Positions 11,664 through 21,470 of a stretch of DNA of 64,000 bases are shown here, one piece after another. This stretch comes from Escherichia coli (GTDB taxonomy: Bacteria; Pseudomonadota; Gammaproteobacteria; Enterobacterales; Enterobacteriaceae), in assembly GCF_030384885.1 (NCBI RefSeq), contig NZ_CP128615.1. The stretch is one strand, 5' to 3'. Position 1 is the stretch's first letter. Each line of letters begins with the position of its first letter. The position numbers were made by a program, and so were the translations under genes. Below the pieces are notes generated by a model. That model saw nothing but the letters and a program-made list of their open reading frames with translations. It ran no database searches and was not told the origin of the DNA.

Positions 11664-12479
11664 CTAAGCGAGGTTCTTGTTTTCAAATTGTTCCGGACTG
11701 AGGCCGCCACACCAACTGTGCCGCCGCCACCGATTGTAATCACATTCGATATAATTAAACACCGTTGCCCGCATTATTTCCCGGCTGATAAAGTGTTCTC
11801 CATGGATACATTCCACTTTCAGCGAATGAAAGAAGCTTTCCACGCAGGCATTATCGTAGCAGCAACCTTTTGCGCTCATACTTCCACGCAGATTATGCCG
11901 CTTCAGTTGCGCCTGATAATCTGCTGAACAGTACTGGCCTCCACGGTCCGTGTGAACGATAACGTTCCAGGGCCTCTTACGCCGCCATAGCGCCATCTGC
12001 AGGGCATCGCAGGCCAGTTGCGCCGTCATGCGTGGCGACATTGACCAGCCAATAACGGCACGTGACCACAGGTCAATGACCACTGCCAGATACAGCCAGC
12101 CTTCATCTGTACGTAAGTACGTGATGTCTCCTGCCCACTTCTGGTTCGGGCCACTGGCGTAAAAATCCTGCTCCAACAGATTTTCTGACACAGGCAGGCC
12201 GTGTGCGCGGTAGCTGACCGGGCTGAACTTCCGGGAGGCCTTTGCCCTCAGTCCCTGACAGCGCAGGCTTGCCGCCACGGTTTTTACGTTAAAGGGGTAA
12301 CCCTGAGCACGCAGTTCATCCGTCAGGCGTGGGGCACCGTAACGCTGTTTTGACCGGGTAAAAGCCGCGAGGACAACGCTGTCGCAGTGTTGGCGGAACT
12401 GCTGACGCGTGCTTATCCTTGTCCGCCGCTGACACCACGTATACCAGCCGCTGCGGGCCACCCGGAGCACGCGGCACAT
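11664..12479 (-). CDS. insF: IS3 OrfB (InsF-type DDE transposase catalytic subunit)
   Basis: 271-aa ORF with DDE integrase core (WAGDITY...HTDRGGQY...). Confidence 0.9.
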   Translation of the reverse strand: MCRVLRVARSGWYTWCQRRTRISTRQQFRQHCDSVVLAAFTRSKQRYGAPRLTDELRAQGYPFNVKTVAASLRCQGLRAKASRKFSPVSYRAHGLPVSENLLEQDFYASGPNQKWAGDITYLRTDEGWLYLAVVIDLWSRAVIGWSMSPRMTAQLACDALQMALWRRKRPWNVIVHTDRGGQYCSADYQAQLKRHNLRGSMSAKGCCYDNACVESFFHSLKVECIHGEHFISREIMRATVFNYIECDYNRWRRHSWCGGLSPEQFENKNLA

Positions 12480-12526
12480 TGCTTTGATGCTGAACTCAGC
12501 CTGATGTTTTTCAATAAAGACTTACT

Positions 12527-12835
12527 TCATTTCAGGCGCTTCGCGAAGTATGTCGCGGCCTTTTGGAGGATAGCCAGCTCTTCATCCCGTTCTGCCAGCT
12601 GGCGTTTGAGACGTGCAATCTCGGTAGACATCTCCAGTTCACGTTCAGAAGACGTCTGCTGATTTTGCTGTTTACTGCGCCAGTTGTAGAGCTGTGATTC
12701 ATACAGGCTGAGTTCACGGGCTGCGGCAGTAACACCGATGCGTTCAGCAAGCTTCAGGGCTTCACTGCGAAATTCAGGCGAATGCTGTTTACGGGGTTTT
12801 TTACTGGTTGATACTGTTTTTGTCATGTGAGTCAC
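12527..12835 (-). CDS. insE: IS3 OrfA (InsE-type transposase DNA-binding subunit)
   Basis: 102-aa ORF, HTH and leucine-zipper region typical of IS3 OrfA. Confidence 0.9.
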   Translation of the reverse strand: MTHMTKTVSTSKKPRKQHSPEFRSEALKLAERIGVTAAARELSLYESQLYNWRSKQQNQQTSSERELEMSTEIARLKRQLAERDEELAILQKAATYFAKRLK

Positions 12836-13735
12836 CTCTGACTGAGAGTTTACTCACTTAGCCGCGTGTCCACTATTGCTGGGTAAGATCACTCTGGCGC
12901 AACGTCTGGCTGATTGCCCGGCTTCGTAATTCAATTCTTTGTACATAAACAGGACGCTTCACCTGCGCGCAATAAACGGTACGGTGAACACCGAATAAAT
13001 AACAAAGAATCCGCACTGGCCGCTTTGCCTTCAGCCGTGTGCTTAGTCCGACAAGTTTTGAGCATGCATTGAGAAAAACTCCGTTCCGTATGCCTTCATG
13101 AGTCTAATCCATTGAAATCAGCGATAGCTGTGATGAACTGTTTAGTGCTAAAACAGCACTACAATTTAACCTATACAACAATTAGGCGTACAATTTATTT
13201 TATGTTAAATTCAGTTTTATGTATCTGATTGCTTAATGTTCAAGTATTTAGATATTAGATAACACAGAATAACTCTTGTTTGGTATTTATTTTTTAGACG
13301 CTAGTCATTTAAAAAATGATAACTATAAGAATAATCACAAATTTAAACAACAATAAAAGTTATAGTTTTCAATGTCTTAATAAACCATGTTAACAATTTA
13401 TGCTTTATTCAATTCATTACATTTTCTTTAAGAATTTTCACGTTTAAAATAAAAAAATCATCACGGACAGGAGGTGTTTAGTTTATAGCTCAAAGAATTA
13501 ACATGATGATAACATCAGCGCAACCATTCTTTCTCCTTTTTGTTTTGATTTAACATAAAGGATTTTAGAATTTTAAAATCAAATAATGCTAAATAATAAA
13601 ATTGGAAAATAACACTTATTTTTCATCATAAAAATACCCATAAAATGGGGGGGGGGCAGCATTCATTATAATAAACAATATAAACTCCGACTTTGTGCTT
13701 GCCCTCAAAAAGAGGGCTTCTTTTAAGAAGATGAT

Positions 13736-13924
13736 ATGACAGATAATGAAAAAATAGACCTGATGATAAAAGAGATAAAATCTGTTATTTTAAAAAGGAC
13801 GGGAGAAGATAGCAAGGTAAGTATTGTAGAAATTGATGGTTGCAGGCGTATAAATATTTTAATAGATAACATATCAAGTTATCTAATTAAATTTTCAGAG
13901 CATCAAAACAACCAAATCACATAA
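13736..13924 (+). CDS. Hypothetical protein
   Basis: 62-aa ORF in AT-rich island. Confidence 0.25.
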   Translation: MTDNEKIDLMIKEIKSVILKRTGEDSKVSIVEIDGCRRINILIDNISSYLIKFSEHQNNQIT

Positions 13925-13931
13925 TTATAAG

Positions 13932-14534
13932 ATGTATTGTATAAATACTGATTGCACATATACAAAGATTGCAATAGAGCAGCTACTGCACGAAAAGTAT
14001 TTTGATGACAGGCGTTATTGCCATAGTATTAAGATCTATGATTTAAGGTTTTTTAAAATAGAGGATGTTGCCTACAAATTAATACAGTTATTTAAGGAGA
14101 GAAGAAAAGAAAATATAATATTTCTCTGTTCCGATAGGTTTATACACAGCAAAGAAAAACCAAGAAACATTTTTTTTCTGGATACAAAAGATAGCATACG
14201 CAACTGGAGTAGACATTTAAAAAAACTTCGTTATTGTAATAGTAACTTGCTTATATGCTTTTTATTTTTATGTGGCCTCTACCATATATCTGTATTTACA
14301 GGAAAAAAACAGGTGATTATTGCCTGTATAAAAAAAGGATTTTCTTTTGCTGAAATTGTGAATTTTCTTAACATTAATGCGAGAACATTAGTTAATTATC
14401 TTGGGAGGCTTACAACTTATTTTATTCTTCCATATAGTGATTCTTTATATAAATATATTATAGATAATATTATAGCATCATCTACCGAAGAGTATCATAT
14501 TCTTTTGACAAATCAAAGGAGATATTATGTTTAA
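13932..14534 (+). CDS. Putative regulator with C-terminal LuxR/GerE-like HTH
   Basis: 200-aa ORF; C-terminal segment GFSFAEIVNFLNINARTLVNYLGRL resembles a LuxR-type HTH. Confidence 0.35.
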   Translation: MYCINTDCTYTKIAIEQLLHEKYFDDRRYCHSIKIYDLRFFKIEDVAYKLIQLFKERRKENIIFLCSDRFIHSKEKPRNIFFLDTKDSIRNWSRHLKKLRYCNSNLLICFLFLCGLYHISVFTGKKQVIIACIKKGFSFAEIVNFLNINARTLVNYLGRLTTYFILPYSDSLYKYIIDNIIASSTEEYHILLTNQRRYYV

Positions 14535-14940
14535 TAGGCGCGTCTTATTTCTGTCTGTTTTTTCCTGTGCTGTATTCATGTTATCAGGTTGTTCATCTAA
14601 TAGATTTGCCTCTAGGGATGCAAATGCTACGTATGTTAATACGCAGCTAAAAATAATACCTCGATCCCAGGAGAAAATACAAGCTCAATCACAATGCTCA
14701 AGGAGCTTTTCGCTACTGCAAAAATTAAACACGGATAAGTTTAGCATGTATAGAAATCAGTTCGATGAGATAAATGATGCATACTTTTTTTATAAAAGAA
14801 ATGTTGATTTAATGAATAAAGACTCTAAAGAGTTAATGGCAAGCGTTCTTGATTCTAAACTAGATATGGTATGTGTACGAGTCGATAACGCCTCATTTGT
14901 AGGTATTTATGGGAAAATGAAAAAAGTTATGGACTTATAA
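14527..14940 (+). CDS. Putative lipoprotein
   Basis: Signal peptide with lipobox LSGC; C-terminal MNKDSKELM...LDMVCVRV motif shared with the ORF at 15665-16087. Confidence 0.5.
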   Translation: MFNRRVLFLSVFSCAVFMLSGCSSNRFASRDANATYVNTQLKIIPRSQEKIQAQSQCSRSFSLLQKLNTDKFSMYRNQFDEINDAYFFYKRNVDLMNKDSKELMASVLDSKLDMVCVRVDNASFVGIYGKMKKVMDL

Positions 14941-14946
14941 ACAGGA

Positions 14947-15510
14947 ATGAGGGCTTACTGCCCTCATTATCAATTTATGTTATTTTGGATCGCATCACTG
15001 TGTTGGTTTTCTCTAATTGTGTTATGGGGGACTGGATTTTATTCATTGCTCTTTTATATCATTTCTGTATTACTGATAATCATTTTATATACTTTATATT
15101 TTATTGGAGAGAATATGTTTTCTAAAGGAAAAATAAAGGAAAGTGATTCGACCACGACAATTATTTCAAAAAATACTTCGTTTGTTGGCGATATTAGTTC
15201 TGGTGAAAAAATAATAATTCACGGAAAAATTAATGGTAATATAAATACTAACAATGGTGTGGTATTTATTGATAAAGGAGGAGTTGTTAATGGTAGGGTT
15301 TTATGTGAAAAAATGATTTTAAATGGTGAATTGTATGGTGAATGCTGTTGCTCCACGTTAGATGTTTATGAAAATGGTTTTTTACAAGGAGAAGTTAGCT
15401 ATCGATTTCTGGAGATTCGCAATGGCGGATGTATTACAGGGATTGTAAACAAGGTGACTGACGAAGTGCAAAACAATGTATCTGAGTTAGTAAAAGCGAG
15501 AGAAAGTTAA
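14947..15510 (+). CDS. Bactofilin-like protein with N-terminal transmembrane segments
   Basis: 187-aa ORF; hydrophobic N-terminus then repeated G-x-V/I-x-G beta-helix-like units ([29 protein letters not shown]...). Confidence 0.45.
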
Positions 15511-15664
15511 AAATATGAAATTCGAGAATGTTATCTTACTCCTTGTTCTTGTCATTATGTTTTATTTTGTAATAACAAATTTAATTGAAGCGAATGATTA
15601 CTACAAAGAAATACATGTATATTCCGATGTATACAAGTGATTACATTTAATGTAATGATTACGT

Positions 15665-16087
15665 GTGGATAATATGATGATTATATTTCGATATTTAATT
15701 ATTATTATTTTAAGCGTATACATGACAGGGTGTACTAATAATAATTTAAAGAAAGAAGATATCCCCGAAGATATGTTCGCAATAATTTATGGTTCGGATA
15801 GCATAAAAAAATATGAACACGGACAGATGGAGCTTACAAAAAATATCAACAGTGGATGTATTGAAGCCTTGGTTTTTTTAAGTGAAGAGGACCCCGAGAA
15901 ATATAGCGATTATATAAATGATTATCATAAAATAGCAGAGGGGTATCGTTTTCTTGATGATAACAGAACATTCATGAATAAAGATTCAATTGAATTATTG
16001 GTAAGAGGGTTAAATGTTAAAAAGGATGTCCTCTGCTCAAGAGTAAAGTTTGAAAGCTTTCAGCACCTTAAAAACAAATTCCAATAA
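15665..16087 (+). CDS. Putative lipoprotein (paralog of 14527-14940)
   Basis: Lipobox MTGC; shared C-terminal MNKDSIELL...VLCSRV motif. Confidence 0.5.
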   Translation: MDNMMIIFRYLIIIILSVYMTGCTNNNLKKEDIPEDMFAIIYGSDSIKKYEHGQMELTKNINSGCIEALVFLSEEDPEKYSDYINDYHKIAEGYRFLDDNRTFMNKDSIELLVRGLNVKKDVLCSRVKFESFQHLKNKFQ

Positions 16088-16184
16088 TAGAAAAAACAAA
16101 TGCCAAGGTAATGCAATTCAGTTATTGCAGAGAATATACTTTATCTATTATCCTCACATTAGATGGGGATGATTAATATATTTC

Positions 16185-17258
16185 ATGAGACTCTTTATGA
16201 ATACTATAAAAATAAAGCTAAACCTAATTGATTATGATTCAATTGTAAATATTGAACTTCCCTGTCTTCTATCTGAAATAGAGATAGAGTTATTATCTCA
16301 ATTACTGAAGGGGTATTCTGTAAATGAGATTTCCAAGCGAAGAAACAGAAGTATCAAAACAGTCTCGTGCCAAAAAATGAAATTATATAAAAAACTTAAC
16401 GTAAAAAGCGATCTGACTTTATGGCGAGATGTTTTTTTAAGATTTAAAGCCTACCTACAACCTAAAAATATCATCTGTGATAATTTTAATAGCTCTGTTT
16501 TACCAGTTGTTTCATCTAAAGGGGAGAGTATGGCGCACTACAACATATATTACCAACCGATCTATAACGCAAAAAATGGAAATATTGCTGGATGTGATGT
16601 TACTATTGCGTTAAAAAATTCAGATGGTAGTGCTTTTGCACTAGATTCTGACAGAATTAATTATAACCCCAATGATAACAAAGTATCTTATTTGTTTGGA
16701 CATATCAACAAACTATTCTCACCGATTAAAAATAATCTTCCGCATGGTTTTTTTATTACGATAAACATTAATCCTGAAGATATTCTTACCTGTGATATCG
16801 AAAGGGAGTGTTTACATTTTATTAAAGTTTTCGGAACGGAACGGATAAGACTTGTCTTGCAGTTTTCAACTAAAGAAGAACTTTACATAATAAGAAGATA
16901 CCAGTCTTCTTTAAGACGTATCAGAAATAATAATGTTTATTTATCGCTTAATGATTTCGGTATGGGATATGCTGAGCTTTCACACTTGCAAAACATACCT
17001 TTCTCCTATGTAAACCTACATAAAACAATGTTCCATGATATAGAAAGCAATAGTTTAACAGATATAATAGCAACTACAATTATTGATTTATCAAAACAAC
17101 TGCATATAGATGTTATTGCTGATGGTATAGAAACGAAGAAACAGGCAGGTTATATGATTGAAAGAGGAGTTAAATATTTAAAAGGCATTGCATTATCATC
17201 ACCGCTACCTGCAGATGCATTTGTACGAAAATTGTTAGCTTCATTAAAACAAGTCTAA
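16185..17258 (+). CDS. LuxR-type HTH / EAL-domain protein (PdeL-like architecture, EAL motifs possibly degenerate)
   Basis: 357-aa ORF; N-terminal LuxR HTH (ELLSQLLKGYSVNEISKRRNRSIKTVSCQKMKLYKKLNV); C-terminal EAL-like domain (YQPIYNAKNGNIAGCDV, NDFGMGYAELSHL). Confidence 0.6.
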   Translation: MRLFMNTIKIKLNLIDYDSIVNIELPCLLSEIEIELLSQLLKGYSVNEISKRRNRSIKTVSCQKMKLYKKLNVKSDLTLWRDVFLRFKAYLQPKNIICDNFNSSVLPVVSSKGESMAHYNIYYQPIYNAKNGNIAGCDVTIALKNSDGSAFALDSDRINYNPNDNKVSYLFGHINKLFSPIKNNLPHGFFITININPEDILTCDIERECLHFIKVFGTERIRLVLQFSTKEELYIIRRYQSSLRRIRNNNVYLSLNDFGMGYAELSHLQNIPFSYVNLHKTMFHDIESNSLTDIIATTIIDLSKQLHIDVIADGIETKKQAGYMIERGVKYLKGIALSSPLPADAFVRKLLASLKQV

Positions 17259-17262
17259 AAAT

Positions 17263-17300
17263 CAGAACCACCCATATAGCGGGTGGTTCTGATTTTTTTA
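17263..17300 (+). terminator. Rho-independent terminator after the LuxR/EAL gene
   Basis: Stem CAGAACCACCC / GGGTGGTTCTG with a 7-nt loop followed by a T-run. Confidence 0.6.
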
Positions 17301-17799
17301 ATATCACCTGGTAAATATTATACCATTTTCATTTGATATGAATTTTCTTAAAATTGATATCAGCGAAGATTATAATTTTCGAGTGCGCAAAACCTGTCCG
17401 ATTTGTTAAACAACAAAAAGATTAAGGGTTTATTGGTATGAAATAAGAAAAAAACCTCCTTTGAATTCAAAGGAGGAGAAAAATAAGGCTTACTTCAAGT
17501 CACCCCCACTATCAATGGAAGTTTCTTATTTATACCTGTTCTTAATGTTAAATGTGATGTGTAAATTCCTAAATTTAAATCTATTGCCCATTTTGGGGTA
17601 AATTTCTTTGCTCAAGGGTAATTGTCATGGCGGTCACCAAACAATAACGTAGCTGGCGAAGTTCCATTGCGATTCTCCGGAGAAGGCTGGGATATTTACA
17701 TTAAATCAACATGCTGTCAGAAGAAAGCACTGAGTAGAGAATGGCGCGCATAACAAAACAACCGACAGGTTGACTTTTCAGAATAGGGGCAGTTTGGTG

Positions 17800-17937
17800 A
17801 TCGTCACCAGTATATGCAGCGTCAGCTGCATGGAAGGCGGCACTTCGTTGTTGCATATGGCACAGGAGTAAAACCGCCGAAGCCCGGCGTAAGCCGGTAC
17901 GTATTGATAGGTTTCACCTATCCCATCCCTGCCCTGC
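17800..17937. repeat. Direct repeat copy A (structured, about 140 bp; candidate ssDNA promoter/ssi-like element)
   Basis: Shares long identical stretches (GGCATGGAAGGCGGCAC, GGAGTAAAACCGCCGAAGCCCGGCGTAAGCCGGTAC) with 20329-20469. Confidence 0.6.
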
Positions 17938-18282
17938 GAGGCCATGCGGGCTTTCAGCGATGATGAAGTATAGATAAGCCCTTTTAACCCCGTTAGCGCG
18001 GCGTAGCCGCGCTAACGGGGACTTAGTGCTGACAGCTTGCTGGCAGTACTTAGGGGCTGTATGTCAGAGTTTAAGTGATTTTTCTTGACGGAACACGGTA
18101 GCTGCTAAGCTATATCCGCTTTCAGCCATGAGAGAGCTTCTGTGCGCGGTCAGAGTGGTCCCGACGAGGGGTTACCCGCAGTCGGGGCGTATCTCCGCGT
18201 TAGCGGACCGTCAGGGCCGCTAACGCGCGTGTATGGGATCAGTTTGGATATTCGAAATTATTGTACGTTTAACGAACCACAC

Positions 18283-18318
18283 ATTAATGCTAATGTATGC
18301 ATACATTAGCATTAATGA
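18283..18318. repeat. 36-bp perfect palindrome
   Basis: CATTAATGCTAATGTATGCATACATTAGCATTAATG is its own reverse complement. Confidence 0.7.
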
Positions 18319-18352
18319 TGAAGGAAAAGAATAACAATGGCAGTCAACCCAC

Positions 18353-18826
18353 TTATTTTTTGGATTTCTTAATTTTCGTCTGATAAAGCCGCTTTACCCG
18401 TTCAATTTCTGCCAGCGTTGCGGACCAGTGTAGTTCGGCGGCATGACGATATCTGGCAGCCATTTTTTCCACCATCTCCGGATTGCTGTCCGCGCTGCGG
18501 TGCTGACGCCCCTTCTCCCCAAAAACTTCAACAACCAGCCACTGGCTTCCGGTTCTGCCGAACAATGCCTTGCACAAACGTCTCACAGTCAGCGGGGTTA
18601 AATCTGGATCGGGATCGTAGGCAATGGTAGCAAAAATAAAGCGCAGCATTTCTGATGTCTTGTAACGCTTTACGCTGGCAGCCAGGCGTGAGGCACGTTG
18701 CGGTGCTTCCCAGCGGTCGTTACTGTAATTAGCCACTTCAGCCAGATAATCCTTTTCAAGTTTTTCAGCCGTGTAGCACCTGCAGCCTAAAAAAAGCCGC
18801 ATGGCCTCCCTGGTTTTGTCTCTCAC
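18353..18826 (-). CDS. Hypothetical protein bracketed by palindromes
   Basis: 157-aa ORF; no motif recognised. Confidence 0.45.
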   Translation of the reverse strand: MRDKTREAMRLFLGCRCYTAEKLEKDYLAEVANYSNDRWEAPQRASRLAASVKRYKTSEMLRFIFATIAYDPDPDLTPLTVRRLCKALFGRTGSQWLVVEVFGEKGRQHRSADSNPEMVEKMAARYRHAAELHWSATLAEIERVKRLYQTKIKKSKK

Positions 18827-18829
18827 ATA

Positions 18830-19687
18830 TCATCCCTCATTAATGCTAATGTACGCATACATTAGCATTAATGAGGGATGATATGCAGCAATAGCGTTTA
18901 CCACCCCAGCCGTCATCCGTGCGTCGGCGATCGCTGAGTGTGCCAGCCCTTCCCAGGTCAATCCGGCCTGGCTGGCAGCACTGGCCAGTGAAATCGTGCC
19001 ATAGCGGTTGGTGACCCCATAATATCCTGCAGCCAGCTCCATCGCACAATATACCGTCATTTCTTCCAGCCAGTCAGCCGGATCTCTATGTGCGGCAGCA
19101 GTCTGTTTCAGAATGCGGATGTCGAACCGGGCATTAAAGATAATTACTGGTCGGCCCCCGATAGCATGACGCAGTTGCCGCGCCACATCTGTCCATAATG
19201 GTGCGCCGCAGAGAGCCTGCTCACTGATACCATGCACAGCGGCGGCCTGCGCCCCGATGGCGACCGTGGGCTTCAGTCTGGTTTCAAATACCACCTGACC
19301 GGACGCATTGGTCAGGCCGATTTCCAGGGCTTCCGTGGTATTGTCCAGTCCTGTTGTTTCAGTATCCAGAAAGAGCGGTGCCAGACTCAGCCAGTCATAT
19401 GCCTGCCGTGCCATCCGGCCACTGGTGCTGTTAAGTCTGGATAAAACGGAAAGTCGCTGGCCAGCCAGAAGTTGTTTACTCGTCAGTGGGCGTTTCTCAC
19501 GCATCGGAACACAGTCTGCAATTCGGTATACAGCGAACCTGTCACCATAAGTGTTTTTATACCACTTAACTGGCTCAGCACCGGGGGCTGGCTTCATTCT
19601 GAATTCATCGCGCAGACGTCCTTTCGAGAAACATCTGTTTTCGGCAATCGCCTGCGCACGTCTGGTGGCCAGCTCATCATTATTCAT
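18830..19687 (-). CDS. DnaQ-like (DEDDh) 3'-5' exonuclease with about 100-aa N-terminal extension
   Basis: Exo motifs FLDTETTGL, HGISEQAL and HSAIADARMTAGV in a 285-aa ORF. Confidence 0.7.
   Translation of the reverse strand: MNNDELATRRAQAIAENRCFSKGRLRDEFRMKPAPGAEPVKWYKNTYGDRFAVYRIADCVPMREKRPLTSKQLLAGQRLSVLSRLNSTSGRMARQAYDWLSLAPLFLDTETTGLDNTTEALEIGLTNASGQVVFETRLKPTVAIGAQAAAVHGISEQALCGAPLWTDVARQLRHAIGGRPVIIFNARFDIRILKQTAAAHRDPADWLEEMTVYCAMELAAGYYGVTNRYGTISLASAASQAGLTWEGLAHSAIADARMTAGVVNAIAAYHPSLMLMYAYISINEG
18832..18878. repeat. Near-perfect palindrome (about 46 bp) related to the one at 18283
   Basis: CCCTCATTAATGCTAATGTACGCATACATTAGCATTAATGAGGG; one central mismatch. Confidence 0.7.
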
Positions 19688-19732
19688 GGTTCTTGCATCT
19701 CCGTCAGACGTTTTTATATCCGGACAGCCCCT

Positions 19733-20014
19733 TTATGGCCACTTCTGTGCAGTATGCAATACACGCAGGATATACACTTTTCCCCACTGGCTATCGATCT
19801 CATAAACCAGAACAAAATGCGGGTAAATAACCAGTTCCCGGATACCTTCCACACGACCGTTGCGGCCTTTATACGGCTGTCCGGCCAGGCTGCTGGCTGA
19901 ATAACCAATCCGTTCGTCCAGTTCAATGGCGGCCATCAGGTTCTGCTCCGTAATGTATCCACGAATGCACTTCCTGTCCTGGCTGGCCAGTATGGTCCAG
20001 AATATCTCCATCAT
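19733..20014 (-). CDS. relE: RelE/ParE-family toxin (type II TA)
   Basis: 93-aa ORF; 4-bp overlap with the upstream antitoxin ORF; C-terminal ...VYILRVLHTAQKWP. Confidence 0.7.
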   Translation of the reverse strand: MMEIFWTILASQDRKCIRGYITEQNLMAAIELDERIGYSASSLAGQPYKGRNGRVEGIRELVIYPHFVLVYEIDSQWGKVYILRVLHTAQKWP

Positions 20015-20301
20015 TTACCGGCGACCTTCCTGCTCATTTCATCCCGCCATGCGGTCGCGGAGGATTCGACCATGTCATGTGGAAGCACATCACCGCGCCC
20101 GAGTTGCTGACGTCCTGCCTCAACCTGGTCACGGAACCAGGTATTATGCTGCCGTTCAACGGTCTGGCGCATAAAATCCCGGATTAACTGAGAGCCATTA
20201 CGGTCCATGCTTTTTGCAGCGGCCATAAAAGCATCCTTCAGTTCAGCGTCAATTCTTAAACTCATATTAACCTGTGTCATTTGCCATCTCGTCATTACCA
20301 C
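20011..20301 (-). CDS. relB: RHH antitoxin (RelB/DinJ/ParD-like)
   Basis: N-terminal MSLRIDAELKDAFMAAAKSMDRNGSQLIRDFM ribbon-helix-helix-like segment; true start may be the internal Met at about 20265. Confidence 0.65.
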   Translation of the reverse strand: MVMTRWQMTQVNMSLRIDAELKDAFMAAAKSMDRNGSQLIRDFMRQTVERQHNTWFRDQVEAGRQQLGRGDVLPHDMVESSATAWRDEMSRKVAGK

Positions 20302-20328
20302 GTATATACGCAGTATATAACGATTCAG

Positions 20329-20469
20329 ATATCGTCACCAGGATATGCCGCGTCAGCGGCATGGAAGGCGGCACGCTGTGGTTACATGTGATACTGGAGT
20401 AAAACCGCCGAAGCCCGGCGTAAGCCGGTACTGATTGATAGATTTCACCTTACCCATCCCCGGCCCTGC
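20329..20469. repeat. Direct repeat copy B (paired with 17800-17937)
   Basis: Same orientation and conserved core as copy A; sits between the antitoxin start and the TraC fragment stop. Confidence 0.6.
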
Positions 20470-20473
20470 TAAG

Positions 20474-21470
20474 CTACAGCTGGTTGTATTTCGCGAACTC
20501 CTTCGCACTCTGTTTGAGGATAATTTTGTAGGAGGAGTTACCCCATGCCGCGCGGGCAGCACTGGAAGCCTTGTCAGAGTCAAAGTCGACGATGTTCTGT
20601 GTGATGGTGATATAGGCACCGGTATGACGGCGGGCGGTACGGTAACCTTTCTCAATAAATTCACCGACCTTGTGATTTTTGAAGTCCAGCAGACGCCAGC
20701 CTTCATCAATGACGTTCAGTTTCTTGAGGTTACGCGGCGTGCGGTACATCCGGTTCTCAATGTAAATGATAAGGCTGAACATCACCGCAACCAGCAGGGA
20801 CGGACGGTCTTCCAGTCCGCCCAGCTCCAGCACCACCATTTTCGCATCATCCCGCAGGGACGGCTCATCGGAGTTGAAATACTGGCCATAAGTGCCGTTA
20901 GCAGTGTACTGGTCAAGCAGCACAATCATTTCGTCCAGACGGCTGCGGATGGTCGGTGACTCGGCATACTGCTCGCTGTCACTGGCGTTTTTCAGGAAAT
21001 CCACCACGTCATCAATACGTGCCCTGTTCTCTTTGGCCAGCCATGATGCCCTGACTGCCTGCAGCAGCAGACCTTCATGCACTTCATCCAGGTTACCGTT
21101 GGGGCTGGCCATCACCGACAGCTGGTCGCGGACACGCTCCGCTGACTGGTCAATATCGGTGATGTTCGCAAACGGGTTAAAGCGCAGGGTTTCACCGTCC
21201 AGATATACGCCCCCCATGTTCTCACACAGGGACTTGTAGCCATCCCCCATGTCGAACACCACGGCAAAGCCCCCGGAGTCCAGCACGCTGCGGATAAGTG
21301 GCTGTATCAGCCCGGTTTTACCGGCCCCGGAGGTGCCACAGACCGCCATGTTATAGTTGGTGTTATTCATCCCCCGGAAGAAAATATCGATAAACGCCAG
21401 CTGGTTACGGTAGGTGGGTGCCAGCAGACCTGCCGGTGTCAGGGGGTTATCCGCCACTACCCCAGATGTC
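20474..21470 (-). pseudogene. traC: Internal fragment of an F-type conjugative ATPase TraC (VirB4 family)
   Basis: Walker A-containing segment NMAVCGTSGAGKTGLIQPL and surrounding sequence recognised as TraC-like; both ends of the protein missing, no other tra genes in the window. Confidence 0.5.

Larger units (their letters stand above)
11634..12891 (-). mobile_element. IS3, complete (1258 bp) with 3-bp target duplication CTC
   Basis: Terminal inverted repeats TGATCCTACCCACG (11634) and GCTGGGTAAGATCA (ends 12891); flanking CTC on both sides. Confidence 0.9.
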
